Of a stretch of 37,180 nucleotides of DNA, positions 9,479 through 18,841 are shown one piece after another. The DNA is from an uncultured virus (IMG/VR IMGVR_UViG_3300000205_000001) (taxonomy: Duplodnaviria; Heunggongvirae; Uroviricota; Caudoviricetes). Location: positions 62,001 to 99,180 of the IMG/VR virus record IMGVR_UViG_3300000205_000001; one strand, written 5' to 3'. The notes under the pieces were generated by a model. The model saw only the letters and a program-made list of their open reading frames with translations. It was not told the DNA's origin and did not search any database. The position numbers and the translations under genes were made by a program. Position 1 is the stretch's first letter; the number at the start of each line of letters is the position of its first letter.

Positions 9479-11687
9479 GGGAGTAGGTAAAACCATCACA
9501 GGTGTCGTGGCAGGGCTTCACTACAAAGCGCAAAAGCTGGCGAACGGGGAGAAGCCGAAGAAAACGCTCATCGTGGCTCCGAAGGGCATCATGTCCGACT
9601 GGGGCAAGGAGATTGGCAACCACACCACCGCGAAGGCGCTCTACATCGGGAACGGCTTGACCAAGAAGGGCGTAGACGGCAAGGTAATGAAGCATGAGAA
9701 CGGGCGCAACCTGTGGGGACAGGACGGCACCGAGCAGGAAGCGGTCAGCGCGAAGTCCTTCCTGAAGAACTTGGAGAAACACGCTTCCGAAGACCACGAC
9801 TTCCACATCGTCAGCTACGACACCTTCATGCGAAACCGGGAGCACTTCGCCAACAGTGGCATGTACGACAACATCGTGATTGACGAAGTTCACGCCTTCA
9901 AGAATCAGAAGGGCAAGCGTGGTCAATCGCTGGCGGAGACCACGGACAAGTTCAAGAATGTGTGGGGCTTGTCGGGTACGCCGATGGAAAATGATGCACG
10001 GGAAGTCTGGAGCCTTGTGGACACTATCACAGGCGGCAAGCATGAGCTGGGGACGCTGAAAGAGTTCCAAGACAAGTTCATGAAGAAGGACAAAAACGGC
10101 AAGCTGGTAGGCGTGAAGCCGGAGATGGCGGAGAAGCTGGGCGACATTCTGGCGAACATCGTGCAGTTCCGAAGCGGGGCAGACGTGACCTACAACGATG
10201 GAAGCAAAATCGAGTTTCCGCACCTTGTGGGCGCTACGTCTCCTGACCAGCCGAACCCGAAAGTGGACTTCATCGGCAACATGGTTGACCGAAGCCGCGA
10301 CCACGCCACCACGGACTACTACGGCACGAAGCACAGCGTCACCGACTTCGAAGCGGGCACCAAGACGGTCACTTCAAAGAACGGCGAGACCTACGAAGTG
10401 CAGACCTTCACGCCGAAGAACCTTGACCCGGCTACCGAAGCCATGTACAACACCTACCGACAGCTTCAGGCGAAATACCTGCCGGAAAGCAAGCTGAACG
10501 AACTGGCAAGCGCCGCCGCTTCGGGCTTCGACCAAGCAGGCAACCGGAGCGACAAGTCCAACTACCTGACCGCCATGCAAAAGCTTCAGAAGTTCCTGAA
10601 CGCTCCCTTGGCGCACAAGATGTACGTGCCGGGCGGCAACGCCATTGAATCGGATGAGACGGATGCCCAATCCGAGACGCCGCAGAGCGACAAGGGCGGC
10701 GGGCTGAAGCCGTACGACCCGAAGACGGGCGAAGGGCACTACATCATCGACGAAAACGGGTTCAAGCGCTACTTCGAATCGGACGGGCAAGGCGGATTTA
10801 AGCGGAACCCGGATGGAAGCCCGAGACTCCTGCCGCCGCTCCACGAAGACAACCCGAAGGCGCAATACCTGAAAAAGCGCATCAATCAATACCTGTCTTC
10901 GCTTCAGAAGGAGAACCGGGAGCGTGTCGCCCGTGGCGAAAAGCCGCTGGTGCCGAAAGTCGTTGTGAAGTCCTCCTACACCACCTTCGGAACCGACATC
11001 GTGGATAACGTCCTGAAGGAGATTCGCAACACGCACCCCATCTTCCGTGACCTTGCCGAGCATGGGTACACCGACCTTGGACAGGGGCGTTTCACCGGGG
11101 ACGCTGACGACCGGGAGCAGACCAAAGTGGGCTTCCGTGGCAACAAGAAGGACTACCTGAACAACCAAGGCAACCTGTGGGCAACGACCGTTTCCCCGGC
11201 GGGTAAGGAAGGTGTAGACTTCGGAAACGCGCACATCATGTTCCACTACGACCAAGACTGGAACCCGCAGAAGATGGCGCAGTTTACCGCCCGGGTGCGC
11301 CGCTCCGACTCTGCCACCACCCACGTCCAAGCAGGGCGGGCAAACGCCGTGCGCGTGGAATCCCTGCACATGCCGGGAACCGTGGAAGACTTCATGTTCA
11401 ACGCCCAAGACAGTAAGATGGCAAGCATCAAGCAAGTCACCGACAACACCCGCATGGCAGAACGGAATCCAAAGCTGGGTGAGACGGAAAGCAGGCTGGG
11501 CTACGGACACCGTGGATTCACCAGCCGGAAGCATCCGGGAGCCAAACCGAAGGCTCCGACCACCGTTCAGAAGCCGACTCAACCTGTTCAGACCCCGGCT
11601 CCCGGACGGGCAGGCAACGATAGTGTCCTTCCGAAGAAGGCGGCGGCACAGGCTGACAAAGCTTTGAAACTGGTGATACTCTTGTAA
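9479..11687 (+). CDS. Exon 2 of the giant protein: SNF2/SWI2-family helicase
   Basis: GVGKT, TLIVAPKGIMSDW (Ia), IVIDEVH (II), LSGTPMEND (III), SPAGKEGVDF (V), DQDWNP..MAQFTARVRR (VI). Exons of 4700+2209 nt give 2302 aa plus stop. Confidence 0.9.
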
Positions 11688-11700
11688 TAAGGCAAGACAA

Positions 11701-11729
11701 AAGGGCTTCTTCGGAAGCCCTTACTTTTC
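11701..11729 (+). terminator. Probable intrinsic terminator with C(UUCG)G loop
   Basis: aagggcttc-ttcg-gaagccctt followed by acttttc, just after the helicase stop. Confidence 0.7.
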
Positions 11730-11747
11730 ACAAAGGAGTGACCGGGC

Positions 11748-12038
11748 ATGGCAGAAAGAATGTTCGACCAAGATTCGTTTCTGGAGGAAATCCAGACACC
11801 AGCGGACGCGAGAGCTTGCGTGGATTACTTGGCGCACAACGAGCACCAATTCTTAGAAGAGCTTCGGAACGAAGGACTTTCTTACGAAGAACGGCAAGAA
11901 GCCCTTAGACAAGTGTGGACAAACTTGATAAAATCAGCACAGAGGGTTGGATATTTTGACCACTTGCTGGAGAACAAAGCCAAGCAGTTCGGAGTTGGTG
12001 TGAATCGAGCGTTGCCATACTTCAAAGGCAAAAAGTAA
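11748..12038 (+). CDS. Hypothetical protein (96 aa)
   Basis: RBS AAGGAG, ATG, co-oriented with neighbours; no recognisable motif. Confidence 0.7.
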   Translation: MAERMFDQDSFLEEIQTPADARACVDYLAHNEHQFLEELRNEGLSYEERQEALRQVWTNLIKSAQRVGYFDHLLENKAKQFGVGVNRALPYFKGKK

Positions 12039-12060
12039 GCTTCGGAAGGGGGGTGAGGGG

Positions 12061-12264
12061 ATGCTGAATTGTCCTGAGTGCAACCGAATCATCATGGATT
12101 CCACCAGTGACGGTGGGTGGAAGCTTCGTTCCCGCATGGTGCTGTTCCATGGCGGAAAAGCGGAAGCGCTGTGCCCGACCTGCAAGACACGGGTGGAGGT
12201 TCCTGTTCTGCTTGGCGACATCGGCAACCCGCCTCCGAAGCCCAAAATCGTGGTGAAATCGTAA
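12061..12264 (+). CDS. Small zinc-ribbon protein (Mu Com-like architecture)
   Basis: 67 aa with CPEC...CPTC; RBS GGGGGTGAGGGG. Confidence 0.7.
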   Translation: MLNCPECNRIIMDSTSDGGWKLRSRMVLFHGGKAEALCPTCKTRVEVPVLLGDIGNPPPKPKIVVKS

Positions 12265-12273
12265 AATTCCGTA

Positions 12274-12303
12274 TTGACCATCTTCGGAAGAAGATGGTAA
12301 TAT
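12274..12303 (+). promoter_or_regulatory. Sigma-A-like promoter with an inverted repeat filling the spacer
   Basis: TTGACC (12274) - 18 nt - TAATAT (12298) with TG extension; inverted repeat accatcttc-ggaa-gaagatggt at 12277-12298. Confidence 0.5.
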
Positions 12304-12346
12304 GCTTTTTGAACAAGCCAATAACGAACTTCGGGCAACGAAGTCC

Positions 12347-12469
12347 AGTAAACAAGGACAGCCCAAGACGTTAAAACACGCCATGGCAAGGTTTCCTACC
12401 AGCTCTAACCTACCATGGGTGTATCGAGCGGCACAGCCGTTCGAGCGTCTTGCGCTGTCCTTGTTTGCT
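12347..12469 (+). ncRNA. Putative structured RNA (three-way junction) in the leader of the prohead protease gene
   Basis: 26-bp closing stem 12347-12372/12444-12469 (1 mismatch, 2 G-U pairs) enclosing hairpins 12376-12422 and 12425-12443. Confidence 0.55.
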
Positions 12470-12480
12470 ACAGAAGGGTG

Positions 12481-14127
12481 GTGAGTGAGTTGGAAAACAC
12501 GCCTACCGATGTGCTACAGGGCGACACCTACCACGTATGGGTTCCTATCGAAGACACCGACCTTCTGAAGTCCGTTCAAGTGGATGAAAACGGCGACTAC
12601 ATTGTTCAGGGTGTCATGACTTCGGACGAAGTGGACGAAGAGAATGACTCCATCGACCCGGAAGGAATGGACTGTTCGTACTTCCTGACCAAAGGCTGGA
12701 TTAAGTACGAGCACGGAAACAACCCGAACCAGTTCATCGGAGAGCCGCTGGAGGTAAAAGTAGGGCGCTTCGAGCACCCGACTCTCAAAAAAGCGGTGAA
12801 TGGCATCTTCGTCAAAGGACGGCTGTTCGCCAATCGGGAGCTTGCACGGCAGGCGGTACGCGCCATCCAAGACCTTCAGAAGTCCAACACCAAGCGAAGA
12901 ATGGGTTGGTCTATCGAAGGCAACGTCAGAGAGCGTTGCCGCCGAACTGGGAAGATTCTGAAGTCCGTTCTTCGGAACGTGGTCTTGACCATGAACCCTG
13001 TAAACACCATGACATGGGCGGAGCTGGCAAAGTCCTTTGCGAAGAACCATGAAGTGGAAGTCAACATGGAGCTGGACAAGTCCATGGACACCGGGGCGAT
13101 TGCGGAACTCATGCCACAATCCATTGAAGGCTACGACCCCGAAAAAGACCCACAGGAAAAGTGGATAAAGCTGTTTCGGAAGTTCGTGGCAGAAAACGGG
13201 CTGAAGAAGTCCCTGCGTGACAGGTTCGTAACCAGCACCAGCGGCGAAGCGGGCATCGGTGCCTACCAGTTCGCAAGACGCGAAGGGCTGGATTATGAAG
13301 GAGCGGTTGAATTCGCTTCTTATATTGCCGACAGGCATGAAATCCTAAAATCCCTTTTCGGGAAATTCGGGGGTGAAAACATGGAGAAGAACGCAAGCAC
13401 GTTGGCAAGTCTGTTAGACACGGACTTGGAAGAGTTGAAGAAGTCCTTGGAGTTGGACGAAGAGGACGACTTGGAGCTGGAGGAAGAGCTGAACAAGTCC
13501 ATGGACGGTGACCAAGATTCTGACGACTCCGAAGACGAGGACGATGCAGAAGATGAGGACACCGAAGAGGACGACTCCGACGAGGACGAGGACGAAGACG
13601 GCGACTCCGACGAGGACGAAGAGGTAGAGAAGTCTTACAAGACGGAACTCACCAAGTCCTTGGCAAAAGAGCATGGACAAGCCTTCGAAGTCTCCGACTT
13701 CCTCACCGCCCTGACCGATGAAATTGGCTTCGGTCTGGAAGGGCTTCAGAAATCCTTGGGGCATGTGACCAAACAGCAAAACGCCATTGTGAAGACGCTG
13801 GCTTCCATGGGTGAGCTGGTGAAGTCGCTTGCCGGAGAACTTCAGCAAGTCCGCGCTGAAAACGCCGAGCTTCGGAAGTCATTGGGTGACGTTCTGGAAC
13901 GTCCTGTCGGACGCAAGAGCGTTGTCAACCAACGCGAAGTCACCACGCTTACCAAATCCATGGGAGCTGGACAACCACTGACACGCGCTCAAGTTGAAGA
14001 CGTGTTGGTGAAGTCTTTTGAAGCTGGGGAGTTGAACGGTTCCGAAGTTATCCGCTGGAACGCTGGCGTACCGCTGGAACAGCTCAACCTTCCTGACAGC
14101 GTGAAATCCAAACTGGGCTTGCTGTAA
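12481..14127 (+). CDS. Prohead protease fused to scaffold protein
   Basis: VQGVMTSDEVDEENDSI, IKYEH, GWSIEG, VVLTMNPVN are phage prohead-protease-type motifs; acidic tract and coiled-coil C-terminus; directly upstream of the capsid gene. Start uncertain (GTG 12481 or TTG 12490). Confidence 0.85.
   Translation: MSELENTPTDVLQGDTYHVWVPIEDTDLLKSVQVDENGDYIVQGVMTSDEVDEENDSIDPEGMDCSYFLTKGWIKYEHGNNPNQFIGEPLEVKVGRFEHPTLKKAVNGIFVKGRLFANRELARQAVRAIQDLQKSNTKRRMGWSIEGNVRERCRRTGKILKSVLRNVVLTMNPVNTMTWAELAKSFAKNHEVEVNMELDKSMDTGAIAELMPQSIEGYDPEKDPQEKWIKLFRKFVAENGLKKSLRDRFVTSTSGEAGIGAYQFARREGLDYEGAVEFASYIADRHEILKSLFGKFGGENMEKNASTLASLLDTDLEELKKSLELDEEDDLELEEELNKSMDGDQDSDDSEDEDDAEDEDTEEDDSDEDEDEDGDSDEDEEVEKSYKTELTKSLAKEHGQAFEVSDFLTALTDEIGFGLEGLQKSLGHVTKQQNAIVKTLASMGELVKSLAGELQQVRAENAELRKSLGDVLERPVGRKSVVNQREVTTLTKSMGAGQPLTRAQVEDVLVKSFEAGELNGSEVIRWNAGVPLEQLNLPDSVKSKLGLL
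13381..14127 (+). CDS. Probable nested in-frame scaffold protein
   Basis: Internal RBS GGGGGTGA then AAAC-ATG at 13381, the same RBS style as other genes; D/E-rich and coiled-coil sequence with many LxKS motifs. Confidence 0.65.
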   Translation: MEKNASTLASLLDTDLEELKKSLELDEEDDLELEEELNKSMDGDQDSDDSEDEDDAEDEDTEEDDSDEDEDEDGDSDEDEEVEKSYKTELTKSLAKEHGQAFEVSDFLTALTDEIGFGLEGLQKSLGHVTKQQNAIVKTLASMGELVKSLAGELQQVRAENAELRKSLGDVLERPVGRKSVVNQREVTTLTKSMGAGQPLTRAQVEDVLVKSFEAGELNGSEVIRWNAGVPLEQLNLPDSVKSKLGLL

Positions 14128-14157
14128 GCCTAATTTCAAAGAAGGGGGTATACGAAC

Positions 14158-15630
14158 ATGGAAAACCTGATTAACGGTTTCGGTCAGTCTTCCGTACAAG
14201 AGCTGGAAGAGTTGAATAAAGCCCTTGGTACTGGTACGGAAGGCGAAGCCTACGGTGGCGGGGCATTCGCTGATATGTCCGCGCTCCGTCCGCAATCTCT
14301 CGAACCTACCCTGAAGATTGTGACGGCACAAGAGCAACACATCAAATTCTGGAAGTCCATCGGCAAGAAGCAAGCGTTCAACACCGTTGAAGAATTCAAC
14401 GTGCTGGACAGCTACGGTGGAAACTCTTCGCCGTTCTTCGTTGAAGGCGGTCTGCCGAACGAAGAGGACAGCAACTACATCCGTCAATCCCAAATGGTGA
14501 AGTTCCTTGGTACGACCCGCGTGATTACGCACCCGGCTACCTTGGTTCGCAACACCGTTGGGGATATCGTCGCCCGCGAGACCATGAACGGTACGCTGTG
14601 GCTCCTGCAACAACTGGAGCGGGCGCTGTACTTTGCAGACGAATCGCTTGACCCGCTGGCGTTCAACGGCGTTATTGCCCAAGTGAAGAAATTCGTGCAG
14701 GGCAAGCCCTACGAATCCCAGCACATCATCGACATGCGCGGCGAACCGCTGGATGAGAACACGCTGGAAGACATTGCGACCATCATTGCTGACAACTACG
14801 GCTCTCCGAAGCTGGAACTGCACCTGACGAACCAAGTCCACAAGGACTTCTCCAAGCTGATTACGGGCAACGGCGGGCGTCAGCGCGTCATGATGAGCGG
14901 CAACCCGGGTGACATTCGCCTTGGTCAACCTGTGCGCGGGTACAGCGCAAACGTGGCGGACATCGACTTCGTGAACAACATCTTCCTGAAGCCCGACACC
15001 GCTCCGAAGGCTGTATCCCAAAAAGGCGCTCCGGCTGTTCCGACTCTGCCGGGCACGGGCGCACTGGTGGCTACGGACGACAGCACTTCGAAAATGGATG
15101 CTGGCACCTACCACTACTTCGTGAGCGCGAAGAACTCCAATGGCGAGTCTGCACCCGTTCACGTTGGTTCCGTGGCAGTAACCTCCGGTCAACGTGTGGA
15201 CATCACCATCAACAAAGTGGTAACCGACCCGGTAGCGAAGTCCTACCGCGTATACCGTGGTTACACTTCCAACGCTTCCGAAGCGCTGTTTGCGTTCGAA
15301 GTTCCGGCTGAATCCGGCTCCGGCACTCAAACCATTGCCGACCGCAACTTCGACATCCCGGGCACGGACACGGCGGTTCTCATCGACAACGACCCTGAAA
15401 ACGTGCTGTGCTTCAAGCAACTGGCACCGCTCATGAAGCTCCCGCTGGCACGTATCTCCGCTTCCGAGCGCTTCATGATTCTGCTGTACGGTATGGTTCA
15501 GGTATACAACCCGCGCCGTATCGTCGTCGTGAAGAACATCGGCAAGCTGGGCATCAACAGCAACCGTGAACTGTTCAACCCGTCCTACGGCGCTGACAGC
15601 TTCGGTACCATCAAACCTGTACAGGGCTAA
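14158..15630 (+). CDS. Major capsid protein (SPO1/Twort-like type)
   Basis: 490 aa; ALRPQSLEPTLK..T, FWKSIGKKQAFNTVEEF, LAPLMKLPLA; N-terminal LNKA candidate processing site; follows protease/scaffold. Confidence 0.9.
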   Translation: MENLINGFGQSSVQELEELNKALGTGTEGEAYGGGAFADMSALRPQSLEPTLKIVTAQEQHIKFWKSIGKKQAFNTVEEFNVLDSYGGNSSPFFVEGGLPNEEDSNYIRQSQMVKFLGTTRVITHPATLVRNTVGDIVARETMNGTLWLLQQLERALYFADESLDPLAFNGVIAQVKKFVQGKPYESQHIIDMRGEPLDENTLEDIATIIADNYGSPKLELHLTNQVHKDFSKLITGNGGRQRVMMSGNPGDIRLGQPVRGYSANVADIDFVNNIFLKPDTAPKAVSQKGAPAVPTLPGTGALVATDDSTSKMDAGTYHYFVSAKNSNGESAPVHVGSVAVTSGQRVDITINKVVTDPVAKSYRVYRGYTSNASEALFAFEVPAESGSGTQTIADRNFDIPGTDTAVLIDNDPENVLCFKQLAPLMKLPLARISASERFMILLYGMVQVYNPRRIVVVKNIGKLGINSNRELFNPSYGADSFGTIKPVQG

Positions 15631-15643
15631 TACCACCTAAAGA

Positions 15644-15680
15644 AAGGACGGCTAGGGCTAGATTCTAGCCGTCCTTCTTA
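15644..15680 (+). terminator. Hairpin terminator after the capsid gene
   Basis: aaggacggctagg...tctagccgtcctt followed by ctta. Confidence 0.65.
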
Positions 15681-15699
15681 ATAAAGGAGTGAAAAGAGC

Positions 15700-16086
15700 A
15701 TGGTGAAAGTGAAGAAAACCTTTGGGGAGTACCCAATCAACACGGTTGTGCTGAACAAGGTGGTGTCGTTTGACGAAAACGGGGAAGCGGAGGTATCCGA
15801 AGAGTTAGCCAACGTGCTGGCGAGAATCCCGGGCTACAAGGTGGGGCTGGACGAAGCGCCGAAGGCGAAAGCACCGAAAGCACCGGAAGCTCCGAAAGCA
15901 CCGGAAGCTCCGAAGGCACCGGAACCGGAAGCCCCGGCTGAAGAGGAAGCTCCTGCTGAAGCCGAAACGGAAGAGACTCCCGCCGAAGAGGAAGCTCCGG
16001 CTCCGAAGGCTCCCGCCGCGCCGAAGGCTCCGGCTCCGAAGGCTCCGAAAAAGCCTGCCGCCCCGAGGGTTCCTGCAAAAGAATAA
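15700..16086 (+). CDS. Hypothetical head-associated protein with Pro/Ala/Lys/Glu-rich tail
   Basis: RBS AAGGAG; small N-terminal domain then repeated APKAPE units. Confidence 0.7.
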   Translation: MVKVKKTFGEYPINTVVLNKVVSFDENGEAEVSEELANVLARIPGYKVGLDEAPKAKAPKAPEAPKAPEAPKAPEPEAPAEEEAPAEAETEETPAEEEAPAPKAPAAPKAPAPKAPKKPAAPRVPAKE

Positions 16087-16108
16087 TCGAGCAAAGGGGT
16101 GTTAAGCC

Positions 16109-16369
16109 ATGGCGTACAGCGTAGGCTTCCGAAGTGTAAAAGTCATTGAAAATGCCACGGAAGGCGTCTTGGGTGCACAAGGCTCCTACGTGTTGGTGGA
16201 AGTGACAAGCGAGGTAGACACCAAGTTTTACCCGAACGACTTCCCGGAACAAGGACACCCGGCACGTTACGGCATCCCGATTAAAGCGGGGCAGACCCGA
16301 CAAATCCCGATGGCGGTGTACAACTTCCGGGCTGACCACCCGGTGACGGTTGTAGCCTACGGACAGTAG
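16109..16369 (+). CDS. Hypothetical virion protein (86 aa)
   Basis: RBS AAGGGGTG, beta-rich sequence, within the structural operon. Confidence 0.65.
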   Translation: MAYSVGFRSVKVIENATEGVLGAQGSYVLVEVTSEVDTKFYPNDFPEQGHPARYGIPIKAGQTRQIPMAVYNFRADHPVTVVAYGQ

Positions 16370-16378
16370 GTGAGTGCC

Positions 16379-17257
16379 ATGCCAGTGATGCAGTACTTTA
16401 CTGTCACGGACGATGGAAACGGGAACAAGACGTACACGCCGAATACGAACCTTCCGACTCCTTTGGAAGTCCGAAAACGCTGGTGTTTCGGACTTCCGTT
16501 GACCAAAGATGATGGGGTGGAGATGCCGGATGAAGACATCTACCAGTACATCCTGTCGGCAATCGCCACCGTAGAGCGGCGGTTGGGCATCTTCCTGAAG
16601 CCGACCATCATCATGTGCAACCCGGAACAGCGCGGGTTGGTGCAGGGTGTGGACTACGACCGCGCCGAGCCTGCCTACGACTACGATGTGCGGTCATGGA
16701 TGAACTACGGCTTCCTCCAGCTCCGAGAGCGCCCTGTACAACAGGTGACCGGGTTCCGCTTGGTACTTCCGAACGGTCAACTCATTGCGGACTTCATGGC
16801 AAGACCGAAGTGGCTGAAGGTGTACCACGAAGCCGGGCAAGTTCACCTTGTTCCGTACGCTGGAGACCCCACCTTGTTTGCCATGATGGGCGGCTCCCAA
16901 TCCGGGTACCCCTTCGTAACGGGGACAATCAACAGCAACCTGCCGCAGATGATTGAAGTGGACTACATTGCCGGGTACGCGCCGTTTCAAATCCCGGAGG
17001 ATGTCCGCAATGTCGTGGCGAAAATCGCCGCCATTGACGTGCTGGGTATCGCAGGGGACGCTGTGCTGGCGGGTGTCGCAAGCCTTTCGACTTCGATTGA
17101 CGGGCTTTCTGAATCCTTCAGCACTACGGCTTCGGCAACGAACGCCACCTACGGCGCTCACATCTTGCAGTACCAAAAAGAAGTGGATGCGTTTTTTGAC
17201 CCGAAAGACGGCGGAGCGCGGACTTCCGAACGTGGCATTACCATGATTGGGTTGTAA
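16379..17257 (+). CDS. Head completion / head-tail adaptor protein
   Basis: Position after capsid; VDYIAGY...IPEDV, SLSTSIDGLSES motifs; ATG 16379 follows AGGTGAG. Confidence 0.7.
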   Translation: MPVMQYFTVTDDGNGNKTYTPNTNLPTPLEVRKRWCFGLPLTKDDGVEMPDEDIYQYILSAIATVERRLGIFLKPTIIMCNPEQRGLVQGVDYDRAEPAYDYDVRSWMNYGFLQLRERPVQQVTGFRLVLPNGQLIADFMARPKWLKVYHEAGQVHLVPYAGDPTLFAMMGGSQSGYPFVTGTINSNLPQMIEVDYIAGYAPFQIPEDVRNVVAKIAAIDVLGIAGDAVLAGVASLSTSIDGLSESFSTTASATNATYGAHILQYQKEVDAFFDPKDGGARTSERGITMIGL

Positions 17258-17270
17258 GGGGGTGTAGACA

Positions 17271-18002
17271 ATGCCAGAAGTAAAACTTCACGCAGAAAAG
17301 TTCGAAGTCCTGATTGCGCGGAGAGGCAGGGACGTGGAGTGGCGGCAGGCTGTCATGTGCTCCTGCTGGAACCCGTTGAGCGGTCAGCCGAACTATCAGT
17401 GCAAGGTATGCAAAGGCAAAGGCTACACCTATGAAGACCCCATCATTTGCCGGGCGCTGGTCACCAGCATTGTTCAGAACAAGGAATTCCAAGACATGGC
17501 TGGGGTGTTTGACGTAGGAGACGCTATCATGACGGTTCCGAAGCGCATGTGGAAGCGCCTGCCGAACGGTCAGTGGAACATGAAGGAGTACGAAATCGTG
17601 CCCATGTTCTACGTAGGCATGTACGACCTTATCACCCTGACAGATGATGAGGTTCGCTCTTCGGAAGTCCTTGTGAGGAACCGTCCCATCTATGAGCGAC
17701 CAGCCGACACGCTTCTGAACGAGCACGTCACCGGGATTCATGCGGTTCGCCACGCAGACCCGGACACCGGGGTTCTCACCGTCTACCAAAGGGGCGTTGA
17801 CTTCGAAGTAGTGGGCAACCGAATCGACTGGCTTCCCGGCGGCAATGCACCCGCAGACGGGGAGCAATACAGCGTGGTGTACTGGCACCGACCCGTGTAC
17901 ACCGTGCTGACCACACTTCCGAAGCCAAGGCACCAAGACGGTCAGGACTTGCCAAGATACGTAGCACTTCGCTACCGGGCAGGAGGGTTCGAGCCGAAAT
18001 GA
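17271..18002 (+). CDS. Head closure/neck protein with Cys motif
   Basis: CSC...CKVCKGKGY near the N-terminus, as in the equivalent neck gene of Twort/SPO1-like phages; position. Confidence 0.65.
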   Translation: MPEVKLHAEKFEVLIARRGRDVEWRQAVMCSCWNPLSGQPNYQCKVCKGKGYTYEDPIICRALVTSIVQNKEFQDMAGVFDVGDAIMTVPKRMWKRLPNGQWNMKEYEIVPMFYVGMYDLITLTDDEVRSSEVLVRNRPIYERPADTLLNEHVTGIHAVRHADPDTGVLTVYQRGVDFEVVGNRIDWLPGGNAPADGEQYSVVYWHRPVYTVLTTLPKPRHQDGQDLPRYVALRYRAGGFEPK

Positions 18003-18841
18003 GCCTCTTAACCATCAGCGCGAACCTTCCGAATCTCGACGGCATCATCCGCGCCGTCGAACGGGCAGGGAAGGGCGAACTTCCCTACACGAAAGAAGCC
18101 GTCCGCGCCGCTACGGTAGACCTTGTGCAACGCACATGGATTGAGTACGCCTCCGGCGTCACGGTCACCTACAGTGGCGGGACGTTCAGGATAAATGTGG
18201 TCTCCGGGGAATACGTGCGGAGCATCCAAAACGGGGTTCGGTTCTTGGAAGACTTAACAGGGGAAGTCTTCACGACCAGCCCGCACGGAGAGTACATCGA
18301 AGACGGACAGCCCGCACGGGACATGAAGCCGAAGCTGTTGGCGTCTCCGAAGGCGAAAACCAGCAAAGACGGAAGCAAGTACATTACCGTGCCCTTCCGT
18401 CACGGCGTACCGGGAAGCGTGGGGCTTCCGGCAATGCCAAAGCACATCTACGAGCAAGCCAGCCGACTGGGATACAGCCGAAGGAACGGCTTTCTGAAGG
18501 CGCTCATTACGGGCAGAAAGTACGAATGGAACGGGCGGCTGAAGGAGCTTCCTGAAGGGCAACGAAGCCACATAGCTCCCCATCCCGGCGGAAAATACAC
18601 ATGGAAAAGTGGACAATTTGCTGGTATGGTAAGAATGGGAAATAAAGGACATACCCAGTATTTGACCTTCCGAAGGCTGTCAGAAAAGAGCGACCCAGCT
18701 TCGTGGATGCACCCCGGCGTTCCCGCCCGGCGCGTTCGGGACGCTGTGGTGGAGAACACCCGGGAAGAAGTGCTACAGCTCATCCGGCGCGGATTCGAGA
18801 TGGACTTGTACTTTATGGGGCTTGGGGGTGATGGTAGATGA
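17999..18841 (+). CDS. Putative neck/tail completion protein
   Basis: ATGA overlap coupling; SGEYVRSI, YIEDG, YLTFRRLS, WMHPG motifs; position. Confidence 0.55.
   Translation: MSLLTISANLPNLDGIIRAVERAGKGELPYTKEAVRAATVDLVQRTWIEYASGVTVTYSGGTFRINVVSGEYVRSIQNGVRFLEDLTGEVFTTSPHGEYIEDGQPARDMKPKLLASPKAKTSKDGSKYITVPFRHGVPGSVGLPAMPKHIYEQASRLGYSRRNGFLKALITGRKYEWNGRLKELPEGQRSHIAPHPGGKYTWKSGQFAGMVRMGNKGHTQYLTFRRLSEKSDPASWMHPGVPARRVRDAVVENTREEVLQLIRRGFEMDLYFMGLGGDGR

Noticed and set aside
9507..11687. Stand-alone helicase starting at GTG 9507
   Set aside because: It would lack Walker A; the motif is completed only by splicing to exon 1
12302..12484. 60-aa ORF and the 12415 upstream extension of the protease
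   Set aside because: No RBS; the region is better explained as a structured non-coding leader
15000..15360. Ig/FN3-like insertion in the major capsid protein as a novelty
   Set aside because: A comparable insertion appears to be normal for this capsid family
15850..16070. Tandem ccgaag/ccggaag repeats as a CRISPR or DNA repeat array
   Set aside because: They encode the low-complexity APKAPE peptide; there is no repeat-spacer structure. No CRISPR array, tRNA or rRNA was recognised anywhere in the window.
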